Translations under genes and position numbers: made by a program
The notes under the pieces: model-generated
Database searches by the model: none
What the model saw: the letters and a program-made list of their open reading frames with translations, nothing else
What the model was told of the DNA's origin: nothing
Origin: Tubulanus polymorphus
Lineage: Eukaryota; Animalia; Nemertea
Length of the DNA: 64,000 nucleotides
Direction: 5' to 3'
NCBI RefSeq assembly: GCF_964204645.1
Contig: NC_134026.1
Coordinates: forward strand, 13,390,050-13,454,049
Shown here: positions 28,301 through 40,300 of the stretch, piece after piece
Numbering within the stretch: the first letter of the stretch is position 1
Layout: each line of letters starts with the position of its first letter

Positions 28301-31300
28301 TAGGATTTAAAATAATATATCATGGAAAAAATGAAGACGGCCATCATGATTTAGAAATTGTTGATTAAATTTAAAAAAAATAAATTAATAAAAATAATGA
28401 ATATCTAGAATCCGAAATGACTTATCTGGACAATTTAATTGCTCCGCATAGATGGTGCCATAAACGGCACCCACACAGTGATAAACAAAAGTAGTGAGAT
28501 ATTCAATTAATTAAAAAAAATTATTTTTTTTTGCTTTTTTTCTAAAATATTAATCCATTTTTTTTTTATTATCAATTTTGGAATTTCAGAAGTATTTTCA
28601 TTTTTGATAGCAGTTGTTTCAGGATTATCAATATCATGAATTTTATTTGATTTCTTATACCAATTACACCCAATTAAAATGAATACAATTACAAATCCAA
28701 CTGTAAAATATAAATATTTCTCAAATATTCTATTATCAGAAGGAGTAGAAATAACAATATTTTCACCATTTTTATTAACATTTTTATTACTTATTTTTTC
28801 TTTTACAGCTTTTTTATATTCTTGTGATTTAATTCCTAATCGTCGAGACCATTCAATTTGTTTCTGAGTTCTCGGTTTTTTCTTCACAGTTAATTCCTTC
28901 ACTTCTTTCACCTCGCTCATTTATTATAGAAATATTTTTACTTTCAATATTTGAAAATGTTATAACCCCAGTTGATAATAATGTCATAAATCCTCCTAAT
29001 TGAAACGATAAATATCCAATCCATTTATTTAATTCAGTCATAACTAAATAATCATTTTTTAAATCGGAATATAATCTATTTTCATCTTCAATTGGTAGTA
29101 TATAATTACATAATTTACTATAACCTTTTACTACATTTTCTGATATCGCGTCATTAATTTTAGCTGTTCTCGCGGCTTCATAAATCTTAAATAATCTAAT
29201 AATTTCAACTGATTTCATTGTATCTAATTCATTATAAGTTAAATTTTTATCAACAAATTTTTTACATTTTCCAGATGCTATTAATATTTCTAATTGATGT
29301 TTGCAATAAAGATAATATTCATAATTATTATTTGTTGTAACATTATTTAAAGCACCATCATCTGGAGTTAATTTGTTTTCTGTTATTCCTAAATCATCTA
29401 AAGTTTTTTCAATTGGAACATCACCATTTTTAGATTTTATTTTCTTTTCACCTACCATTTATATAACAAAAAAATTAATTGTGTTATGTTGCAACTAGAA
29501 TTTAACTAGAATGTAACTAGAATTCAACTAGATTAACAAGCTACTTGCAATATTGTTGTTTTTGTTGATTTCTTGTTAAATCTAGTTGATTTTTGTTTCA
29601 ACTACTAACAACTAGAATTCAACTAGAATGTAAATAGAATTAAACTAGATTAACAAGCTAGTTAAAATATTGTTAAATCTATTTGATTTTTGTTACAAAT
29701 ACTAATAACTAGAATTCAACTAGATTAACAAACTAATTGAATTTGAATAAATTCATATTTAAATGGGTGTTGTAATCTAAATAATAATTTTGATCTTTTA
29801 ATATTTTTCAACTTATCCATATATTCATTATGTAAATCATGTGGAATAATATCATTTTCCTCAAGTGCATTTTTCATCGATTTTCTATCTTTATTGTAGA
29901 ATAAAACTAGAAATCTAATGTTTTCTCTAAAGTCTTTAACAATTGAATTATATTTTTGATTTAAAACCCAAGTTGTTATCCCAAAATGGCTCCCAGATAA
30001 AGCTAAATAGCATAACTCACTTTCTCTAACTTTTGAATCATGTAGATTAGCACAATCATCTATAATGAATAATGTATTTGATCCTTTATAAATATCAATT
30101 GCTATTTTAATACAATTATCTAAATTTTCTTTTACTGTTTTAGGATCTAATATAATAAATTTATTATTCCTAGTAATATTTCTATCATAAGTTTGATTAA
30201 ATTCACATGTTGGGCAAAATAATACTATATTATCAAAATAGTTTTCATAAACAGTTTCTAATAAATTTAATATAAAATAAGTTTTTCCACAATTTGTTAC
30301 ACCAGAAATTAACATATTATGAGGCTCAAATATGAATAATTCCTTATTCATTTATATATTTTTAATTTTAGTTGATAATATCCATTCATTGAATTTATCT
30401 GGCCATCCAACCCATTTTACTAAAGAATATTTTTTTCTTTTAATAGTTTTTGTTTTTAATACTTTTTCAATTTTATATTCTTGTTCTAGATTTTCAGTAG
30501 TTAAACTTAATTCTTCTTCGTAAAAGTAGCCATGAACTTCTTCACCATCTAAATCTTCTAATTTATAGACATATGGTTTTGTTGTTATTACCTTTTTTAT
30601 TTTATATATTTCCCTAGTAAAATTTCGATCGTATCCTTTATCAAATATCTTTTTATACTTAGAAATTCTAACATTTTGACCAACTTTAAATTTAGGTTCA
30701 CCAAAATCATCTACAAGAAATGCTCCATATGAATTATTCCAAACAATTTCAGCATTTTCAGGTTTTCTAGCATCAATAGGTTTCATTCCAATAGAAGAAT
30801 GATAAGAATTATTATATCCTTCTATCAATTTTGGTAAAACATCAATCCATTTAAAAGTATTATTTGCTGTAAAATATTTCCACATTCTTGTTCTTAATGT
30901 TCTATTAAATCGTTCAACAACTGCTGCTTTTTTATCTGATTTTGTTGAAAAATATTTAATATTATGATTGTCTAAGAGTTCATGAACAAGTGAATTATCA
31001 AACTCTTTTCCATCATCAAATTGTATTTTTTCTGGTTTTAGTTTATCATCCAAAAGAAATTTTCTTAAAACATTTGATGTTTGTACAGCATCTTTTCTAT
31101 AAAGTGGGAAGCTCCATACATAACGACTAAAAATATCAATTATATTCAATAACCACCAATAATCATCATTATCTTTCTTAACATATTTCATATCAATTAA
31201 ATCTCCTTGCCACTGTTGATCTACATAACTTACCATAGTTTTACGAGTTTTATATTTTCTAACAATTTTTTTATGTGTTGTATATGTTGGTTGTTCTAAC

Positions 31301-34300
31301 ATAAATTCATTTATATCTTTATATTTAACTAAATTTTGTGGGATTATCTTATCTAATTTATCTTGTTTTACTTTACGCCATATATTTTTAGTAGAAGAAT
31401 AAGCAACCGAACTCTCAGGGTTGTAATATAAATTTCTTAAATATTGTTCTTTAGTATTAGGAGTTTTTTTTACCACCCATTTATATATCCTTAATTTTAA
31501 CTTTATATTTCTAATATTGAATACTATCTTATTGTGAATTTACAATATTTAATTGCGCGTCAGATATAATATAAATATGCATTTTAAAATTTAAGCTTCC
31601 TTTATTCTTTGTCATGAATAATTGTATTCCATCTTTAGTGTTCTGTAGTTTTTTCCCAGAACCATGTAATGAATTATCCTCTGTTGTTCTAAAATCTAAC
31701 CATAATGCATATTTATTGCCGGTATAATAATCAATTTGATTAATATTACAATTTTCAAATGATTTTACTTTTTCATTCATAAAATGTTTTCTAATTTCTG
31801 GCCACTGATCTATCATTCTCATTCCTTGGCAAAATATTTTATTTGCTATTCCTTCGATAGTTATTTCTACTTTTGTTATTTCAGGATTATAATAATTGTC
31901 TACCTTTATTGCACCATTAGAATATGTTGCAATAGTAAAAAATATTAATATTCTTTTAATAGATCTTCTTGGGAAGTTAATATTCTCATTCATTATTTCA
32001 TCATTTGCATTAATAGTTACAGTTTTAAATTTATCAATATAATCATATAATAATGAAAATCCTTGATTGTATTGAGTTTGAATTATACTTGAAATATTTT
32101 CATCAGTTACTGTATCATATTCTAAACATATATTCGATAATTTATAACTCATATCTTTAACAACGCTAGATAATACAATTTCATTTACAGGAGCAAATGT
32201 TATCTCAAATATAATATCTTCTTGAATTGCGTATTTATATAAAGGTGCATTATTATTTATCAATTCAAAATCTAATGGAATTTTATATTTGTTTCCATAA
32301 ATCTTTTTAATCAAATTATCTGTGGCACGAGTTACTATTGCGTCATTAGCTCCTGATCTTAATTTATTATGGTTTTCCGATTGGATGCCTTGAAATATCA
32401 TATTATTTCTATTTTCTTTAGTTAACCATAAATCTTTATAATGCATAAATAAATTATAATCATCTAATGAGAAAACTGTTTCCGGACCAATCTTTATAGT
32501 TAATTTTTTAATCAAATATCTTCCAACATTATCAACAACATAATTGTTATCATGGCCAGTACTTTTATATCGGCTGATAAATAAATACTATTTGGAACAT
32601 AAAAAGTATTTTGTGTTAATCTAGGAATTCTAACATATAAAGTTTCATCGGGATTAATATTTGAAGGGTTATGAGTAATTATACGATGTGATCTTTCTGC
32701 TTTAATAGCATTAGATATTCTAGAAATCTTCGAAGGACTTATATAACTCCCACTCATTAATTAAACATAAAAATTAATTATTTATTTTTTATTATTTTTT
32801 TCTTGATATCTTTTTGATATCATATTTACTAACCCAAAAATAATAGCACTTACAACTGTGATTAAGAATAAAATAATATGTTCAGCAGCAAAGTTAAGAA
32901 TATTCCCAGCAGATTTCAATATAAAACCAACAATTGATGCAATAACTCCAGGTAAAGCTGCAGCAGATTTTTTAGATAGTTCCCATAAATATTTGCTAAT
33001 TTCTTTAAACCATCTTTAACTTTATCTTGTATAGAATTATTATCATTCGGGGGTTTATCCGGTTTATTGGGAGTAGGTGTAGATTTCAAAGCATTTGATA
33101 TTGCTAAACCAATTTTTGTAAATAACATAGTTACAGCTGTTAGAATTGAAAGAATTGTTATTCCTTCTAATCTAAATAATAACTTTATTCTATCTTTTAA
33201 TGATATTTCAGAATTTGGTTTAATCAACAAATCTTTAAAAATAACTTTTAATCTATTAATATTATAATCATATGATTTTAACAATAATTTAATTTCTTCT
33301 TTTTGTAATTCTATGTTATATTCTAAATCATCTTTTTCTTTTTCTAAACGTAATTCTCTTTGCCTATATTCTATTTCATCAATTACTTGATGATCTAAAT
33401 CAGACTTTAATTGTTCTATTTCTTTATTTTTATCAGTTAATTCTTTTTCTAAAGTTCTAATTTTAAAATCTCTTATACTTTTATCATGCGCAATTTTATT
33501 AGATGCAAGTCTTATACTCATAATTTCTCTAATTGCTTTATCAGAAAATATATCTAAATCTTCTAATTCTTGATCTGTTGCATCAATTAATCCATTCGGT
33601 AAAAGTTTTTCAATTGGAACTTTATTTGATTTAAGTTCACTATTTTTGGAAGTTATATTCTGTTCAGAAGTTGTTTCTGTTTCTGATTTCTTTTTGATTA
33701 TTTCAAATAATTCATTAATTCTTTGTTTAAATACATCTATATTATCATCTATTTCTTTTTGTGTAACATCAGTTATTTCATTACTATTACTTATTATTTT
33801 AATTCTATCTGGTTTTAATTTTTCTAAAGTTGATTCTGATAATATTTTATTTTTATTATTTTTATAAGTGATATCAATATAATAATCACCTTTCAAACGA
33901 TAATAACATTTACCATTATCTAAAATTTTTAATTGATCTGCTAAAAGTCCAACGTCTTCATCATTTATGTTAAGTTTAGATTTTTCAATTAAATCTTCTA
34001 ATTTAGGTATTTTGTTTAAATTATCTAAATCTTGTTTTACTAAATCTGGGTCTAAATTTTCAGGATTTAATTGTGATTCAGCATTTTTAATATAATCAGG
34101 CATATTCAAATTATTATTATATTCTGGCTCATTACCATCTTTAAAACTTGTTTCATCAAAATCAGGTGGTTGTTCATCAGTTATACCAGGTTCATCAAAA
34201 GGATCCATTCCAATATCTTCTCCACCTTCTACATCCATTTATATAGTAAAAAAATTAAAATTTAAAATATAATATTCCTCCTATAACAATTCCTATACAA

Positions 34301-37300
34301 GTTATAGCTAATTTAGTATTTTCATGGGATTTATTGTCATTATCAGTTTTAATTATATCATGTTGAATATTATCAGTTTTAATATTTTCTGTAGTATTGT
34401 AATCTTTTATTTTGGAATCATTATCCAATTTAATATTCTTAGTTTTAGTTTCTGTTGATTGAATATGTTTTTTATTTTTTTCACCTTCCATTAATTTTGG
34501 AGCAGTGATAATCTTTTTATTTATATCATTTAACCCAAATGAATTATTTATTGTCGCAGTTTTAATTAGATTATTATAACCAATTATGTTTCCCATCTTT
34601 AATACTAAATCATTAGAAATAATTAATAGATTAGGGCCTATACAATAATTTAATCTAATATGTGATTTATCTAAATAATTTTGATATCTTATAATGTTTT
34701 CTGGAATCGATCTATTTTTATCATTATGTATGGAATCTTCAAATAATACTTTGAATTGTTTCTGTGTATCAAATGATGTATTCAAATTTCCAATTATCGG
34801 TGATCTTGTTTCAACTTGCGCACCTAAAATACATATCAAATAAGTTCTAATAGATTGATTTATTCTTTGTATACCTGATTTTGTAAAACCTTCATTATTT
34901 TCTAAAATGAAATAAACCCAACCATTATTGTTTTCTTGTTTTAAATTATCATAAAATTTCGGTAATTTATTGAAATTTAATGTTTCTAAATCCTTTGTTT
35001 CTATTTTACCATAACCTAATTTATTATTATAGATATTATAAAAACTATTAGATGGTATGGGAAGTGCACAATATTCTGCAATCTTTTTAGGGCAAGGAAG
35101 TGATCTTATTGTTCCAATTTTTGTTCTAAAATCAGAATTATTTATATCTATATTAAATTCATTGCAAATTTTATAAGACTTTGATAAATTAATATTATTA
35201 TCTAATTCTTTAAAATATCTAGATCCTGGTAAAGCGCACTCTAATTCATTTAATATTATTCTGATTTGAAAGTATGTATGAAATATAAATAAACTTTGAA
35301 TTAATTTATATTTAGAATTATTCAAATGATCATTCCAACTAATTCCACAACCTGTTGTTGCACAATAAACAGCAAAATTTAATTGGTTCTGCCAATACTT
35401 CATATTAGATTTTCATAACCATTGTTTTTCATCTTTCAATTTTTTAAAATTAATTAAATATATATGAAATATATTTTCCATCTTTGCATTAAAATTATTA
35501 GTTTCAGTAACATAAATTTCTAAATTAGTTAATGAATCTAAAACTTCATTTCTATATGTAATATCTTTATTAAAATCTATTGCTGGAATATTATATTTAA
35601 TTGATTTATTATATTGGAAAGCTTTTGGAAAACTATCTACCATTTATATAATTAAAAAATTAATAATTTATTAATTCTTTTAATAATTTATCCTTTTCTT
35701 CAACTGTTATATGACCATTTAAACTTATGATATAATCTAGTGTGTTCTTTAATTTATTAATTTCTTTTATATTAGATTTTATTTTTTCTTTATTACTTTT
35801 TATATTCAATTTTGAACTTATTCCGGTTAAAACACTTGAACTTAATCCTAACACACCAATTGATATAGCTAAAGGTGTTAATGGACTGAATATTGCTAGA
35901 AATGTTATTACAGAACTAATTGTAACCGAACCACTAATAATAAGATAATATATAATTTTACTTTTTAAATATTTTTTCTTTTTTATCTTTAAGTCACTTT
36001 CAAATTCTAATATTTGTTTTTCTAAATATATTTTCAATTTAGTTTTATTTATATCATGAGGAATAATATCAATACTATCAACTTTATCTTCCATTTATTT
36101 AGAAAAAAAAATTACTAATTAGTAAACTTATAAGCAACAAATATAACAATAACAGTTCCACCTAAAATCCATATTATTTCATATTTCTGTTGTTCTTTAC
36201 TTGGGGTATAATAATCTGATAATTTAGGTTTGTATAGATGTAATTTTTCTTTATTGGTTACCGCGTTATATAAACTCATTGCATCATCAACTGATTGAAA
36301 ATCTCTATGTGAAATCTTCTGATCATATAATTCCTTGTTAATGTAATCCATATAGTTTTGTCTCTTTTCTCTATATTCTTCTGCAGCTTTATTATATTTC
36401 TCTAACGCTAAGTTATGTCTTCTTTGTTCTCCTAATGAACTATTTTTATCAATATGTTTAAATAAATATCCACCACCAGTAAATGCCAAAGCGTTAACAA
36501 TTGCCGATCCTATAATAGTTATAATTGCAGAAGCCATTTATTTAGCAAAAAAATTATGTATTTATATGGGAGGAATATATTTTTGTTTTTCCAAATAATC
36601 AATTGTTAAATTAGATAAAGTAACTGCTAACGTTAATTTTAAAATATCATTTATATCAAATCTATCAACATTAACACTTCCCATTTTGAATACTTTTTTT
36701 AATACCATTGAATAACCAACAGTTCCAACTGAAAGTAATGCTCCATTATATAATCCAGTTATTATCCACTTATTATCACTCATTTATTTATCAAAAAAAT
36801 CACTATCTTCAAAATATTTAGTTATCTTAGTGATGATTAATTCAACATTTATTTTATTACTAGTTTCATTTGTATATATTTCAATTATTATTTTTCTAAT
36901 ATCATCGATGATAAAATCTTCATCTAATTCATAAAATCTTAAAGATTCTCTAATTAAATTAGTAATCTTTTCTACATTTAAAGTTTCTTTATCTATTGTT
37001 GTTTCATACTTAAATGTTGTTTCATTAGAAAATGCAATATTTTTGATATGTGTAATTACATCATTCATGTTAAATTTCATTTCTTTCTCACGTTTAAAAT
37101 CAAACCCAAAACATATACTCGGTCCAACAGTTATATTCATTTATATATCAAAAAAATTACTCTTTACATCTTATAACTAATTCATATATCACAGGAAAAT
37201 TATTCAAATCAATTAAATAACCATTATGATTTCCTATTTCTAATTTAAAATTATTGAAATGTGGAATACAAGGTTTAAAATCACATTCAGCTAAATTATA

Positions 37301-40300
37301 ATTTATTTGCGTTCCAAATTGTTTAACGTTCTTCAATGATAAAATATTTAATATACTAGAATTACATGTTGTATCTTTAGTTGCTTCGAATGTTTTTGTA
37401 GGATCGATTAAATTGCAATAAATATAAAAGTGTGTAAAAGGTATTATATTTGAGTTACCGTGTATGTTTACACCAATAAAATTATTTGGAGTAATTCCTA
37501 ACAGTTTAGCAAAAGGTTTTTTTATCGTGTAAGTATGTCTTTTTGTCATCAATGTATCAGATTTAACAAGTTTAATAAGTTCATCATCAAACTTTATTTT
37601 AATTTTATTAGAGCTCTCACTTTTTATGAATTTAATATTAAATTTAGAATTACCATTACCTAATCTAATCCGAGCTTTTCTATTAATTTCTTGCTCTAAT
37701 GTTTCTAAATTATATAATCCTGGTGTAAGCATAAGTTGAATCCATTTTTGTTCAAGTTTATCAAAAATAAGAAGGCTTCTATGTTCATCAGTTTTATCTG
37801 ATATATTGTAAAATGAGTTACATAAACTTATATTTACTAATTTTAAATCAAAACGGCATTGTTATTTTGGACTCTAACGAATATTTCGATAAATTAGATA
37901 AAATTGTATTTGATAAAAGTAAATTTACTGAAATCAAAAATGTGAGAAAGAATCACCCTGTCATATCTAATGAAACCAAAATCTGCGGATTTCTGAGAAA
38001 ACATGTGAAACAGTATGTAAGTTCAGAAATATTTGATTCTATCTACCCAAGCGGTAGCCAACCTGGTAAATTATATGGTTTTTGCAAAGTGCATAAAGAT
38101 AACTTTCCATTTCGACCCGTTGTATCAATGATCGACACTGCTGAATATAACCTGGCCAAATATCTCGATAAAATCATTAAACCACATATACCGTCTAAAT
38201 TCATGTTAAATAGCACTTGGGAGTTCCTTAAAAAACTGAAACAATTCGTTTTTAAACCTTCTGATATTCTAATAAGTTTTGATGTAGAGTCACTTTTCAC
38301 TAATGTTCCATTGAAAGAAACCATTGATATAGTTTCCGATTATATATATGCTTCCGACTCTAAACCTACATATGATCAGGCTACATTCAAAGAATTACTT
38401 AAAATCGCAACTTCGGGTTTGTTTATGTACAATGATCGTATTTTCAAGCAAGTTGATGGGGTCACCATGGGCAGCCCCTTAGGCCCAACCTTAGCGAACT
38501 TTTGTCTTGCCCATTTTGAAAACTTGCTCCTCTCCAAAACTAATTACAAACCGACATTATACCTGAGATACGTGGACGATATTTACGGCATATTTCGTAA
38601 TGTATCCAGTTATAGACTATTTTTTGAAGAATTGAATCGCCTCCATTCTAACCTTAAATTCACTTTTGAACTAGGTCCTAATCTATTACCTTTTCTCGAT
38701 ACCGAAATACAAATTCCGTTAGAAACCGGTGGTGACTTTATATCTCGAGTGTACAGGAAAGCTTCCAACACAGGCCTACTGTTGAACTTCAACGCCATGT
38801 GTCCGTATAAATGGAAAATAGGACTCATCAATACCATGCTTTTTCGTGCCTACAATATTTGCAGTGATTGGACCATCTTTTCAGAAGAAATCAATTTCTT
38901 GAAAAATCTGTTTAAATCTAATGCGTTTCCTATTCATGTCATCGATCAATGTATTAATAGATTTTTGAAATCAGAACAGAACTCAGAACCTCAACCGAAA
39001 CCTGTTGAAGATGGAATTGATCTATTCATTTCATTACCGTATATTGGTAACCCGTCAATCCTATTTGCCCGAAAATTAAAATATCTATTTAAAAGGAATT
39101 TTGAAATCAACTTGAAATGTGCATTCACTACGACCAAAATTAAGAATTTTTTCTCTTTGAAATGTGCTACCCCTAAATCGCTGAAGGCTAAAGTCATATA
39201 TAAATTTAATTGTTTATGTGATATAAACACTTCCTATATTGGGAAAACTAAACGACATTTGGCCATCAGGATTAAGGAACACAGATCAAAGACTTCAGCG
39301 ATTGGACAACATCTCGCAATTTGTCACACTTGTGATCAGGAATTCAGTAACAACAAATTCAAAATTCTAGACAAAGGTTCATCTGATCTCGACTGTAAAA
39401 TTAGGGAGGCCCTGTTTATTAAAGCGTAACGACCCTCTTTAAATCAACAATTATTTCAAAACGGCTCATCCTTTATCCTAAATGTATTAAAATAATTAGT
39501 TTGTAATTAAATACTTGGTTTGTAATTAGCTTAGAATTTAGCACTTGTAATTTTGTAACTTATGTTGTATATAAACCTGTAGTTTAATCATTTGATTCAC
39601 TTGTATTTCACCTGATGAGGGGATATGATCCCGAAAACGTTCGTGTTAATAAACTGTATTTACTCATTAGAAAATGAGGTTTTTAATGTTATCGCTTCTA
39701 TGGTTATTCGGATATTTGAACTCTCTTCCTAAGATCTAATTCTGCTGAAGTTGAACCTGAAGTTATTTGGAAAAGACCTTTCTTATTCTATGATAAGGAT
39801 AATATAAAAGATCATTTCTGCGAGCCTTGTCGAATAAAATATAGCCCTGAAAATATAGAAGATTGGGAGAATCATCAATTTCGTAAAGTACATATAGATA
39901 AAATTTATAATAAATTTGAAACTGAACTTAATGAAAGAAAAAATAATTTATTAGAAAAAATAAAATATGAGAAAACGTTACCAGATAATGAAGAAACAGT
40001 TGAAAAGTTAGAAAAACAATATAATGAATTAACAAGAAAAACATACTATTGTAAATATTGTAAATTGATTATTACAACAAGTAATTCAAATCTACATAAT
40101 AGAACAATAAAACATAAAGAAAACGTAAGAAAATACCAAGAGCTTAATGAAGATCTATTACCAATAAATTATAAACAAAAATGCCCACAATGTATTTATG
40201 CGTCCTTAAGACAAGAAGGTACTGTGTTATTTTGTAATGAATGTGGATGGCAAAAGAATTTATTGGGTGAAGAAAAAACTAGAGATTTTCTCATAGATCC

